From Nitrosopumilaceae archaeon (GTDB lineage: Archaea > Thermoproteota > Nitrososphaeria > Nitrososphaerales > Nitrosopumilaceae), in NCBI GenBank assembly GCA_052389415.1, contig JBQTHX010000030.1, positions 32,001-96,000 on the forward strand: a stretch of DNA of 64,000 bases. Reading direction: 5' to 3'. This document shows, piece after piece, positions 37,221 through 46,979 of this stretch (the stretch's first letter is position 1; every line of letters begins with the position of its first letter). The notes beneath the pieces were generated by a model. That model made no database searches. It had not been told where the DNA came from and worked only from the letters and a program-made list of their open reading frames with translations. The translations under genes were made by a program, and so were the position numbers.

Positions 37221-38347
37221 TTTTTTAAAACCGCAATAATCTCATCTATTCTGGCACTGGTCTTAAATCCTGATGGATTTAGGCTTGTGGGAGTTGCTTT
37301 ATGTCCTGCTCTTTCAAGCCTTTCAATTGTCTTTTCAAGAGACTTTGGGGCGTCTTTTAACCTTCTTGCAATCTCATCTATTACGAAAAATGAGGGCGGC
37401 ATGCCTATCTCGTTTTGACATTTTAACAAAATTTTCTCGCACGACTTGTCTACTTTAAACTTTGTATGCTCTTCCAACATAGAGTCTACAAATGTCTTAT
37501 CATATAGCTCTCCAATCCAAAGAGGACCCGAAGATTCCGTATGTGAATTACAAATTTCGCATAAGTCTTTTTTTTCCAGTTGAACCTTTCTATGCCCACA
37601 TGATTTACAGTGTACGATGAATCCCATCTTATCTTCAGAATCAGTTTTTACAAGTATCTTGACATAGACTCTATAATAATGCATATTGTTTTGTACAAAT
37701 AATGGAACTGTCTTAACGTCTAGTCTTCCTGCTACAAGATGGATACATCCAAGAATCAATCTTAATGCAATTTCGTTTCCATATTCTGTTCTTACTGGGG
37801 TTCCATGATATCTTCTCTTGCAAGCATCATTGTATAATCCATGTAATACAGGAAGATCCGTGGCAGTAACAGAAAGGAGGCCACCATGTGAAGTGGAACG
37901 AATTCCACAATCAATATGACGTGATGGTGAACCAAATGGATCAATATCAACTATAGCACCACGATTTTCTCGCTTTGAATGTAAACTTAAAAATCTACAT
38001 GCTTCATTTTCCGAAAATTCGCAATTATTTATTTTATTTAAAATTGCAGAATTTCTTGCCAATTCTAAAGCAGATGGATTAACGTCATTTATGAAGACTT
38101 TTTCCACATTGCTTATTTCGTTTGCAACTCGGAGGCTACGTGCACCTATGCCAGAAAGACAATCAAGGAAAGTTTTAGGCCCCTTGAAGTGTTGTAAGAA
38201 TGCTGAGTAAACAATTATGGAAAAATCTCTGCTAAGTTTTGCTCTAGGATTGAAAAACGCAGGCTCCATAGGAGGCGCACTAGTCTCAAGTGCTTCCTTT
38301 GGAACGAGTAGTTTAGTTCCACCTTCTGTTATCTCTACTATGTGCAT
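37217..38347 (-). CDS. trm1: tRNA (guanine26-N2)-dimethyltransferase
   Basis: 'FFNPRAKLSRD', 'DIDPFGSP', 'VTATD', zinc ribbon, 'GPLWIGEL'; start uncertain (38347-38362). Confidence 0.95.
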   Translation of the reverse strand: MHIVEITEGGTKLLVPKEALETSAPPMEPAFFNPRAKLSRDFSIIVYSAFLQHFKGPKTFLDCLSGIGARSLRVANEISNVEKVFINDVNPSALELARNSAILNKINNCEFSENEACRFLSLHSKRENRGAIVDIDPFGSPSRHIDCGIRSTSHGGLLSVTATDLPVLHGLYNDACKRRYHGTPVRTEYGNEIALRLILGCIHLVAGRLDVKTVPLFVQNNMHYYRVYVKILVKTDSEDKMGFIVHCKSCGHRKVQLEKKDLCEICNSHTESSGPLWIGELYDKTFVDSMLEEHTKFKVDKSCEKILLKCQNEIGMPPSFFVIDEIARRLKDAPKSLEKTIERLERAGHKATPTSLNPSGFKTSARIDEIIAVLKN

Positions 38348-38422
38348 TTGATCTAGTTGCAATTTTCTTTCTAATAGTATGCCATAAAACGATTTAATAC
38401 GTCTAATGCAGCAAAACACAAA

Positions 38423-39043
38423 TTGATAATCTGTGGAGTTGATGATGCCGGGAGAGGATCTGTTCTTGGACCACTTGTTATAGCAGGAGTGTCAATTGAA
38501 CGCTCAAAGATCAAACATCTTTCTTCAATCGGGGTGCGTGATTCAAAACAATTGAGTCCGTCCAAGCGGGAAAATCTTTATAAAAAAATTATTTATCTTG
38601 TTGATGATTATTATGTGGCAAGAATATCTCCACGACTAATAGACAAAAGCGTAAGAAAAAACCAATTAAACAATTTGGAAGCACAATATATGGCCAAAGT
38701 TATCTCGAAGCTTAAACCCTCTTCTTCTTATGTAGACTCGTGTGATGTGAATCCAGTTCGATTTGGCAAAAAGATTTCTAAACTTGCTCAATCTGGTCGG
38801 ATCTATTCAAAACATCATGCAGATAGTAAATTTGTCGTAGTGTCAGCTGCATCAATTGTAGCAAAGGTAAATCGTGACAAAGAAATAGAAAAACTTCGAC
38901 AAAAACATGATCTGGGAAGTGGTTATCCCTCTGATTCTAAAACAATGCAGTTTGTCAGAAATTGGATTACTATTCATGGAACGGCTCCACAATTTGTACG
39001 CACCAGCTGGAAACCAGTAAGGCTACTTTTAAACAAAAAATGA
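38423..39043 (+). CDS. rnhB: Ribonuclease HII
   Basis: 'GVDDAGRGSVLGPL', 'RDSKQL', 'SAASIVAKVNRD', 'GSGYPSD'. Confidence 0.96.
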   Translation: MIICGVDDAGRGSVLGPLVIAGVSIERSKIKHLSSIGVRDSKQLSPSKRENLYKKIIYLVDDYYVARISPRLIDKSVRKNQLNNLEAQYMAKVISKLKPSSSYVDSCDVNPVRFGKKISKLAQSGRIYSKHHADSKFVVVSAASIVAKVNRDKEIEKLRQKHDLGSGYPSDSKTMQFVRNWITIHGTAPQFVRTSWKPVRLLLNKK

Positions 39044-39047
39044 ATTT

Positions 39048-39713
39048 CTAATATTGTGCAAGTACTATTGCGTGATCCTTGTCGTAAGGATATAGATTAA
39101 TTTCCTGAATTATATTAAAATCCACAAGTTTTTCTATCTCTGATTTAATTATCTCAGAAGGATCCTTTGTTACATCGATGCTTCTTGTTTTAATGACAAG
39201 CATGAGATACCCACCTTTTTTGAGAAAGGTTTTACAATTTAATATCGCAATCTCGGTTTGATCTGGCTGTGCTATATCTACATAAACTACATCAACAGTC
39301 CCATAAACTGAAAAATATTGCTTTGGGTTTCTTGCATCTTGTAAGATGGGAACAATGTTTGATCTATGAGAAGCTACTCTGTCTAGAAAATCACGCGCGA
39401 CTCTACTTGCGTGTTCTACACAAAAAACTATGCCGCTTTGTCCTACAATATCTGATACATGACTTGCAGTTGTTCCAGTAGAAACTCCAAGATAGAGAAC
39501 TTTGGATTTTCTAATTATTGGTAAAATCTCCAAACCATTAATTATTGCAGCGGCAAGTTTACTCCTAAAGGGATCCCAAATTCTAAACTCTTCATCTTTT
39601 ACTTTGACTAATTTTTCCTTGTAGACTTGATTTCCGGGGACAAGATTTAGGGTTGCAGGTTTTTTTTCACCGTCTACTTTAATCCAAAAGATATTACCTT
39701 CGTCGTTTTCCAA
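39048..39713 (-). CDS. flpA: Fibrillarin-like rRNA/tRNA 2'-O-methyltransferase
   Basis: 'WDPFRSKLAA', 'LYLGVSTGTTASHVSD', 'DIAQPDQ', 'PYDKDH'; start set at the TTG overlapping the nop5 end. Confidence 0.96.
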   Translation of the reverse strand: MENDEGNIFWIKVDGEKKPATLNLVPGNQVYKEKLVKVKDEEFRIWDPFRSKLAAAIINGLEILPIIRKSKVLYLGVSTGTTASHVSDIVGQSGIVFCVEHASRVARDFLDRVASHRSNIVPILQDARNPKQYFSVYGTVDVVYVDIAQPDQTEIAILNCKTFLKKGGYLMLVIKTRSIDVTKDPSEIIKSEIEKLVDFNIIQEINLYPYDKDHAIVLAQY

Positions 39714-40986
39714 ACTTCCTTCTTTTTCCTGTCTTCCAGTCTTGTTTTTTATCGCTTCGATAATCTCTACCAAAACTTCTTTTTCCTTTACCAGCGTCTC
39801 TATAATTGCTTCTTTGGTCTCTCCCATGTCGGAATGTGTCTCGTTGGTGAATCCTTATCGGTTCTCTTTCCGTTGGTTCCTTGTATTTTTCACCTATCTC
39901 CTTAATTCTGACATTAAGCTTCTCAAACAGGGTTTGATTTTTTCCTGCTCCAAAAACATCTACTCTTGCTGCAATTGCCGCCTTTGTAGAGATTGCCCTA
40001 GCTATCTTACCGCGTTGCCATCTTGGTGCTGCATGTACTAATGCGTGCTGAAACAATAATCCATGTTTGGGAGGCTGAGAACCTGTTTTGAGAGAGCGAA
40101 ATAGAGCCTTTTCTGCTCCAAGAACTTGGATCGTACTGGCAGGCATTGAACAAAGTCGTTTGAGGCTTCCAGCTCTTGCCAAGATCCTAGCCCCAACTGC
40201 ATGTCCAAGTATGCCAGCTAAGTTTGGAGCTACAGATTCCATCTGGATTTCTACGTGTTTTTCTAATGTATTTCTTAAATCAAAAAGTTCCAGTATCTGT
40301 TTTGCAATTGATTGAACTATTGCAAGGTTTTCTTCTGAAATCTTGCCACCTTTGCTTTTCTTTTGCAATAAGGACAACATCTCTACTTTGGTATCGGGAA
40401 ATCCAGCATCAATGTATACACTATCAGTGATATTATCTCTTGTACCTGCCAAGACAATTTTAGAATATGCGTTTATACTATCTATTAAATTGTCAAGCTC
40501 TGGAAAATGTAATCCATACCATTCTCTTAATCTAGAACTAAGCCCATTTACTATCTTGTCAATTTCATCCAGTGTGTTGATAGTTTGAATTATGTGAAGA
40601 TCTGGACTTTCGGATATTTCTGTTACCTTTGATGAAGAAAGCTGTATGGCAAAACTTCTCAATTTTTCTCTTGCTTCGTTTTCATCTTTTGCAAAACCAG
40701 AGTCAACAAGAACTCTTAGTTTTGAAGTTTGGATGTTTTCTATTTTTGCATTGTCCATCAACTCTGCTTCGATAGAATTTTTTTTCAAAAGTTTTTGAAG
40801 TGACAAGTCATTTACAAAAACCGGTGTATTTAATTTCGAAAGAAAATCTGATAACTGGTCTACATTTGCCTTTCCTTCTTTAATCTCGATGTATTCCCTT
40901 CCAGGATCAGAGAAAGGAAGAGCTTTTACACATGTATTTTTATCAAATACTGCTACTCCAATCTCTGTTAAAATAACAAAATGCAT
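39694..40986 (-). CDS. nop5: Box C/D sRNP protein Nop5 (Nop56/58)
   Basis: 'REWYGLHFPEL', 'PASTIQVLGAEKALF', 'PKHGLLF'. Confidence 0.96.
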   Translation of the reverse strand: MHFVILTEIGVAVFDKNTCVKALPFSDPGREYIEIKEGKANVDQLSDFLSKLNTPVFVNDLSLQKLLKKNSIEAELMDNAKIENIQTSKLRVLVDSGFAKDENEAREKLRSFAIQLSSSKVTEISESPDLHIIQTINTLDEIDKIVNGLSSRLREWYGLHFPELDNLIDSINAYSKIVLAGTRDNITDSVYIDAGFPDTKVEMLSLLQKKSKGGKISEENLAIVQSIAKQILELFDLRNTLEKHVEIQMESVAPNLAGILGHAVGARILARAGSLKRLCSMPASTIQVLGAEKALFRSLKTGSQPPKHGLLFQHALVHAAPRWQRGKIARAISTKAAIAARVDVFGAGKNQTLFEKLNVRIKEIGEKYKEPTEREPIRIHQRDTFRHGRDQRSNYRDAGKGKRSFGRDYRSDKKQDWKTGKRRKFGKRRR

Positions 40987-41085
40987 ACTTCACACATTCG
41001 CACTCCCTCACTAAAAAAGGTAACATTCCATGTTTTGTAATTACGAATGAACTGTTATATGAGAACAATTTTTTATTAATCAATA

Positions 41086-41994
41086 ATGAAACCTGATATC
41101 TCGACTAAGGTAGGCAAAATTCAGTTGGAGAGACCAACCATGCTTGCCTCTGGCATACTCGGAATCTCGCTTGATGTTTTTGCTAGATTATACAAGGAAG
41201 GAGCTGGAGCACTAGTCACAAAATCATTAAGCAAAGAACCATGGGAGGGATATCCTAATCCAACTATAGTTGGAGTAAAGTCAGGTTACCTAAATGCAGT
41301 GGGGTTGTCAAATCCGGGAGCTCCATACTTTGCAAAAATGATCGAGTCAAACACTACAATACCAATTATTGTTAGTCTAGTCGGTTCCATAGAAGAAGAT
41401 TTTACCTTTATGATAAAACAATTTGAACATGTAAAAATTTTGGGATATGAACTCAATCTGTCGTGCCCCCACGTGGAAAAAGTTGGACTAGAGGTTGGCG
41501 ATGATCCGAATCTTGTAAGAAGAATAGTAAAATCTGTCAAGTCACAATCTAAAGTTCCTATAATAGCTAAAGTTGGATTGGGTTCATCAGATTATCTTGA
41601 AACAGTGCGTGCTGCATGCGAATCAGGAATCGATGCCATAACTGCAATAAACACTGTTAGAGCAATGGGAATTGATGTAGAAACAACACGTCCTCTTCTC
41701 AGTCATAAAATTGGAGGACTGTCTGGTTCTGCAATAAAACCAATTGCAGTAAGATGTGTCTATGAAATTTCATCCAAATTTGATATTCCAATAATTGGTT
41801 GTGGAGGAATCTCAGATTGGGAAGACGCAGTTGAATTCATACTTGCTGGGGCAAGCGCTGTACAAATTGGTAGTGCAGTAGGTGAGAAATGGACCGGTGT
41901 ATTCTCAGATATTAATAATGGCATATCAAAATACATGGAAAAGAAAGGATTTTCAAAAATAAGCGAGATGACAGGAATTGCAAAGAAATTCTAA
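41086..41994 (+). CDS. pyrD: Dihydroorotate dehydrogenase B, catalytic subunit
   Basis: 'NAVGLSNPG', 'ELNLSCPH', 'GGLSG', 'IIGCGGI'. Confidence 0.96.
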   Translation: MKPDISTKVGKIQLERPTMLASGILGISLDVFARLYKEGAGALVTKSLSKEPWEGYPNPTIVGVKSGYLNAVGLSNPGAPYFAKMIESNTTIPIIVSLVGSIEEDFTFMIKQFEHVKILGYELNLSCPHVEKVGLEVGDDPNLVRRIVKSVKSQSKVPIIAKVGLGSSDYLETVRAACESGIDAITAINTVRAMGIDVETTRPLLSHKIGGLSGSAIKPIAVRCVYEISSKFDIPIIGCGGISDWEDAVEFILAGASAVQIGSAVGEKWTGVFSDINNGISKYMEKKGFSKISEMTGIAKKF

Positions 41995-42790
41995 CAAACC
42001 ACTAATTTTAAAAATAGAAAAATTAATAGAAGAAACACCAACAGTTCGTACATTGGTTTTTACTGATGAAATATTTGCTAATGTTTTACCAGGACAGTTT
42101 GCGATGGTATGGATACCAGGTGTAAATGAATTACCTATGAGTGTGATGATAACCTTGGAAAAAGGAAAAGGAGCTTTTACAGTAAGAACGCATGGTGTTT
42201 CTTCAACAGCACTATACAATCTTAAAGTTGGTGATTATATAGGCATACGAGGTCCTTATGGTAATTCCTTTACCGTAAAACAGGGGAAACTTTTGCTTGT
42301 AGGAGGAGGTACCGGTCTTGTTCCATTGATGCGCTTGTTGACATTTTTAAAGAAAACTGATGACGTTACTTTATTGATTGGTGCTAAAACCAAAGATGAA
42401 GTATTTTTTGAAAAATTAGCAAACCATCTTCTTGAAAATAACAAACATCAAGTTATTGTGATAACAGAGGACGGGACATACGGTAGGGAAGGGCTTGTAA
42501 CGGACGAGTTGGAAAAATTACTTTCTGAAAAAAAATTTGACGCAGTGTATACATGTGGACCAGAAAAAATGATGTACAAGGTTGTGCAGTTGGCTCATTC
42601 AAAAAATTTTTTTGTTCAAGCAAGTCTTGAAAGAATGATGAAATGTGGAATGGGAATATGTGGAAGTTGTTGTGCGGAAGAAGTCCTTGTATGTAAAGAC
42701 GGCACCATCTTTGATGGTGATTACCTGATGAAAAACAAAGAATTTGGCTACACACATAGAAATAAGGCAGGAATTCTTGAGAATTACTAA
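41978..42790 (+). CDS. pyrK: Dihydroorotate dehydrogenase electron-transfer subunit
   Basis: 'RGPYGNSF', 'GGGTGLVP', 'MKCGMGICGSC...CKDG'. Confidence 0.95.
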   Translation: MQRNSNKPLILKIEKLIEETPTVRTLVFTDEIFANVLPGQFAMVWIPGVNELPMSVMITLEKGKGAFTVRTHGVSSTALYNLKVGDYIGIRGPYGNSFTVKQGKLLLVGGGTGLVPLMRLLTFLKKTDDVTLLIGAKTKDEVFFEKLANHLLENNKHQVIVITEDGTYGREGLVTDELEKLLSEKKFDAVYTCGPEKMMYKVVQLAHSKNFFVQASLERMMKCGMGICGSCCAEEVLVCKDGTIFDGDYLMKNKEFGYTHRNKAGILENY

Positions 42791-42826
42791 AATTATGTTT
42801 GAATAAAACCCAAAAACTTAAAAAGA

Positions 42827-44581
42827 TTGAGCCAAGGTACCCAAATAAGGATTGAAGTGGGTCACCCAAAAATTGTATTAACAGCAGATCGTACATTAAT
42901 GTCTCCATATCGTGGGATATCACTTGCTACCTTCTTTGGTTGTGCACCTGCAATTGATCCACACAGACCAAAAAATAACATCTGGTATTATTTGTTAAAA
43001 GATCAAGTAACTCCAAAAGTTTTGTTTGATTTCATATGTAATCCGGTTGGTCACAACAATGGGATTGCAAGCTATGCGCCATATGGATTAAGAAAAGTAG
43101 AGGCAGCGCTTTTGCGTGACGGATTTAAACGCGAAGACGTTGTTGTTGCTCATCCTGATCACATTGATAAGTTCATTGGTCCAGAAACGCAAGTGGTTGG
43201 AACATATGAAATGGATCCACTTGGAATGGGTCCTGTTACCATGACCTTCACCTATGGTCGCAAGCAGGTGTCTTATGACGAATACTATAACAGGGATCTT
43301 CACATGAAAATTAATGCTGCCAAGAAAAAAAATGGAAGCAATGCCAAAGTAATTGCTGGCGCATCTGGAACCTGGCAGTACAACTATGATCCTAAAAAAA
43401 TTGAAGAATATGGTCTGTATGCAGTTTTAGAAGGAGAACTTGGAGGCATTGCTCCAGAAATCGACGGTCACGCTGGACAATTTTTCAATTATTTAATTGA
43501 TGGCGCATTTGATAACATGAATCCGTTTGCAAAAAATGATTTCAAGGTAGATATTAAAGAATTTGGAAAAGGAGAGAAAAAATACCACGGAAGATTCATC
43601 CATTATTGGGACGAACCAGACATTGATTTGATTCCAGACATTGTAGAGCCCAGTATGCATGGGATGGTAGAGGTAATGCGTGGTTGTGGACGCGGTTGCA
43701 AGTTTTGCGATGTAACTCTAAGGCCATTAAGATATTATCCTCCTGAGAAGGTCAAAAGGGAAATAGAAGTCAACCTCAAAAAGGGGGGACAGAAATCGGC
43801 TTGGCTACATAGTGACGACATATTCGTCTATGGTCTAGATCCAAGAAAGACGAAGAATATGGCTCCAAACAGAGAAGCACTTGAAGAGCTTTTTACCGCA
43901 GTAATGTCTACTGGGGTTATTCACACAAACCCAACACATGGCACTCTCGCAGGTGCAATTGCTGATGAAAGACTAATTCCAAACATCTCAAAAATAATCA
44001 GGGCTGGTCCTGAAAATATGATTGGAATACAGTGCGGTTTTGAAACTGGAAGTTTACGATTAATTGGCAAGTATGCTGATAGAAAACTCTCTCCGTACAA
44101 ACCAGAAGAATGGCATTGGATTGTAAAAGAAGGTGTCAAGACACTAAATGAAAACTATTGGATACCAGCCTTCACTCTAATCATGGGTCTTGATAACGAT
44201 GAAACAGATGAGGATGCATGGGAAACAATTCGATTGATAAATGAGCTGGAAAGAGAACAACCAGATGCAATGTTTACCACCACGCCTCTGACATTTGTTC
44301 CCATCGGTCTTTTGGAAAAATCAGAATTCTTTGACATAGGAAATGAAATGGATGCTGCACAACTTGGTGTAATGTACAAGACATGGCAACACAATTTCAA
44401 GTATGGTATTAGAAAATTCATGAACAAGACAGGTCATAATGGTACATTGAGAAGGAAAGCCTTTACAGGATTGGCTACAGCACTGGGTGGCGTGCCACTT
44501 GGGGCAATGGAAAGATACGCAAGAAGAAAAGGAAGAGAGCACGAAAACGTGATTGAAACCATCAAAGCAAGATATTGGTAA
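42827..44581 (+). CDS. Radical SAM protein with N-terminal B12-binding-like domain
   Basis: CxxxCxxC 'GCGRGCKFC'; 'APYGLRKVEAAL', 'MDPLGMGP', 'GFETGS'. Confidence 0.9.
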   Translation: MSQGTQIRIEVGHPKIVLTADRTLMSPYRGISLATFFGCAPAIDPHRPKNNIWYYLLKDQVTPKVLFDFICNPVGHNNGIASYAPYGLRKVEAALLRDGFKREDVVVAHPDHIDKFIGPETQVVGTYEMDPLGMGPVTMTFTYGRKQVSYDEYYNRDLHMKINAAKKKNGSNAKVIAGASGTWQYNYDPKKIEEYGLYAVLEGELGGIAPEIDGHAGQFFNYLIDGAFDNMNPFAKNDFKVDIKEFGKGEKKYHGRFIHYWDEPDIDLIPDIVEPSMHGMVEVMRGCGRGCKFCDVTLRPLRYYPPEKVKREIEVNLKKGGQKSAWLHSDDIFVYGLDPRKTKNMAPNREALEELFTAVMSTGVIHTNPTHGTLAGAIADERLIPNISKIIRAGPENMIGIQCGFETGSLRLIGKYADRKLSPYKPEEWHWIVKEGVKTLNENYWIPAFTLIMGLDNDETDEDAWETIRLINELEREQPDAMFTTTPLTFVPIGLLEKSEFFDIGNEMDAAQLGVMYKTWQHNFKYGIRKFMNKTGHNGTLRRKAFTGLATALGGVPLGAMERYARRKGREHENVIETIKARYW

Positions 44582-44620
44582 ATCCAAATACATAAATTGA
44601 ATCAGAAAAGAAATTAATTC

Positions 44621-44803
44621 GTGCCAACACACGGATCGCTTACAAAAGCAGGAAAAGTTAGAGGGCAAACACCCAAAGTCCAAGCAAGAGTGAGACATGG
44701 TGTGATCTCTATAATGAGAAACCGAGAAAATTTTAGAAAAAGATTTCAACTAAAACGAGTTCCAGGGCAAAACAAGCCTGGTCAAAGACCAAAACGCAAG
44801 TAA
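44621..44803 (+). CDS. rps30e: 30S ribosomal protein S30e
   Basis: 'PTHGSLTKAGKVRGQTPKV'. Confidence 0.96.
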   Translation: MPTHGSLTKAGKVRGQTPKVQARVRHGVISIMRNRENFRKRFQLKRVPGQNKPGQRPKRK

Positions 44804-44888
44804 AAATAAACGTGTTTAACTGATACCGCATGAAAAAAAATAGTTGGTCTTGTTTTTCATAATAAAATGGAACGTCTAAACGAAGAAT

Positions 44889-45119
44889 TTACCTAGTGTC
44901 CCATTCAGCTTTTCTCTTCATATTTGAGAGATTGTTCATAGCCTTTCTATATCCTCCCATATATGACCAATTAAATTCTAACCACGCACCACACTTACAG
45001 TAATTACGAGTGGTTACATCATCAATAACTATCTCCTTAGAATAATGATGTTCTCTTTTTAGCCAACAAACTACTTTGTAGATAATCATCAGAGGCAAAT
45101 CAAATCCCCCTATTCTCAC
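44889..45119 (-). CDS. Small hypothetical protein with a C-x5-H...CxCG motif
   Basis: 76 aa: 'VCWLKREHHY...YCKCGAW'; fills the rps30e-radA gap. Confidence 0.6.
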   Translation of the reverse strand: MRIGGFDLPLMIIYKVVCWLKREHHYSKEIVIDDVTTRNYCKCGAWLEFNWSYMGGYRKAMNNLSNMKRKAEWDTR

Positions 45120-45239
45120 ATAGAATATTCTTAATTCCAGAAGTAAGCTTCTGTAAACCAGTCAACCGAAAATTAACAGGAGAAAATATCAACCGTGAAG
45201 ATAACAGCTCCACAAAACAATATATTTATTAGGTACCCG

Positions 45240-45256
45240 TACCGTACTCTACGGTA
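45240..45256. promoter_or_regulatory. Perfect 7-bp inverted repeat between the radA TATA box and start codon
   Basis: TACCGTA-ctc-TACGGTA, 2 nt before the ATG and downstream of 'tatttatta'. Confidence 0.55.
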
Positions 45257-45258
45257 AG

Positions 45259-46257
45259 ATGGAAGATTTAAGATTAGATAGTCTTGATGGGGTTGGCCCA
45301 GTAACTACTAGAAAATTAAATGACGCAGGAGTTCATAACATTATGGATCTTCTTGTAAGAGGTCCAGTTGATATCTCTGAAATCACTGGAATGGATTTAG
45401 AGGCTGCAGTAAAATTGGTAACCAAAGCGCGCCAGCAGTTAGTTGAAGATGGTAAAATAGACAAGGACTTTGTTACTGCCACAGAAATTTACAAAAGAAG
45501 ACAGGACATTGGTAAGATTTCTACAGGAACAAGCGCGTTGGATATGCTATTTGATGGTGGAGTTGAAACCCAAGCTATTACCGAAGTTTATGGTGAATTT
45601 GGTTCTGGCAAGACGCAGTTTTGTCATACAATGTGTGTAAATGTACAAAAACCAAAAGAAGAAGGTGGATTAGATGGTGGTGTCTTGTATATTGATACAG
45701 AAAATACATTCAGACCTGAAAGAATTGTTTCGATAGCTAAAGCAAAAGGACTCGAACCTGAAAAAGTTCTTGATAGGATTATTGTAGCCAAAGCATACAA
45801 CAGCGCTCACCAAGAATTAATCATGCAAGAAGCCGGTCCTGTAATAGAGGAGAGTAAAATTAAACTAATTGTTGTTGATTCTGCAGTAGGATTGTTCAGG
45901 GCAGAATTCCTTGGAAGAGGAACCCTTTCTAACAGGCAACAAAGATTAAACAAGTTCATGCATCTCCTTTCAAGAACTGCTGAAACTTACAACATTGCAG
46001 CCATTGCAACAAATCAAGTAATGGCATCTCCTGATACGTTCTTTGGAGATCCAACTAGGCCAATAGGAGGAAACGTTGTTGCACACACAAGCACATATCG
46101 TGTATATTTTAAGAAATCTGGTAAGAAAAGAATCGCAAGAATGGTTGACAGTCCACATCATCCAGAGCAAGAAGTGATATTCACTTTGACAGAGGCTGGA
46201 GTTGCAGATCCAGAAGAAGAATCAAAGAAGAAAAAGAAAGACGAAGTAGAGGAATAG
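45259..46257 (+). CDS. radA: DNA repair and recombination protein RadA
   Basis: 'GEFGSGKTQ', 'YIDTENTFRPER', 'ATNQV', 'DSPHHP'; no intein. Confidence 0.98.
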   Translation: MEDLRLDSLDGVGPVTTRKLNDAGVHNIMDLLVRGPVDISEITGMDLEAAVKLVTKARQQLVEDGKIDKDFVTATEIYKRRQDIGKISTGTSALDMLFDGGVETQAITEVYGEFGSGKTQFCHTMCVNVQKPKEEGGLDGGVLYIDTENTFRPERIVSIAKAKGLEPEKVLDRIIVAKAYNSAHQELIMQEAGPVIEESKIKLIVVDSAVGLFRAEFLGRGTLSNRQQRLNKFMHLLSRTAETYNIAAIATNQVMASPDTFFGDPTRPIGGNVVAHTSTYRVYFKKSGKKRIARMVDSPHHPEQEVIFTLTEAGVADPEEESKKKKKDEVEE

Positions 46258-46339
46258 ACCCATAAATTTGATATCGTAGGATCATCTTCACAAATTGTAG
46301 CAAGTGTTAAATTAAGGACAACTGGAAATCTATTCGAAT

Positions 46340-46639
46340 ATGACTACTAAGAAGCCTTCTGGTCATTCACATGGCTTTATGCATAAAGCAAGATCCGTCA
46401 TGACCAAGGATCACGTTAGAGGAGTCTCTTTTCTATTACGGGAATTTAAGGAAGGAGACAAAGCACTAGTAATCATTGATCCAACTCAACACAAAGCGCT
46501 ACCACACAGGAGATATCACGGTAAAGTAGGATCCATAACAGCAGTAGGCCGAAGAACCGTGACACTTGACGTTAAACTTGGTAACAAAACAAAAACTCTA
46601 ATCACAAGATTGGATCATATCAAACCATTTGGTGTATAA
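46340..46639 (+). CDS. rpl21e: 50S ribosomal protein L21e
   Basis: 'PHRRYHGKVG', 'RLDHIKP'. Confidence 0.95.
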   Translation: MTTKKPSGHSHGFMHKARSVMTKDHVRGVSFLLREFKEGDKALVIIDPTQHKALPHRRYHGKVGSITAVGRRTVTLDVKLGNKTKTLITRLDHIKPFGV

Positions 46640-46641
46640 AC

Positions 46642-46968
46642 ATGGAAGAAGTAAGAAAGAAACAATCAATTTCTATCTCTGAAGTTAAGGAGCTGTTGGA
46701 AAAATCTGATCCAGAATCTATGGATCAGATACAACGTTGGACATATGATTATGTCTTGAAATTTGCAAAACTGGATGGAAAAACTGCAAAAAAACTAAAG
46801 CAACAGCTGGTCAAGGAATGTAACATAACAGAGGAGGAAGCAGCAGAAATTGTAAATAATCTTCCAACGACTGAAGCAGAACTACGAGCTTTTACTTTTG
46901 GTTGGAAAAAGCTAATTCTAGCAGAAACGCTAGAAAAGATGCTGAAAATTATCAAGGAGAACGTATAA
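46642..46968 (+). CDS. rpo4: RNA polymerase subunit F (Rpo4)
   Basis: 'QRWTYDYVLKFAKLD', 'EIVNNLPTTEAELR'; conserved rpl21e-rpoF-DUF655-ksgA order. Confidence 0.93.
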   Translation: MEEVRKKQSISISEVKELLEKSDPESMDQIQRWTYDYVLKFAKLDGKTAKKLKQQLVKECNITEEEAAEIVNNLPTTEAELRAFTFGWKKLILAETLEKMLKIIKENV

Positions 46969-46979
46969 TCAACGAGTGA

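Noticed and set aside
39714-39827. Apparent 134-nt overlap between nop5 and fibrillarin
   Set aside because: Better explained by a downstream TTG start at 39713, which gives a normal-length fibrillarin
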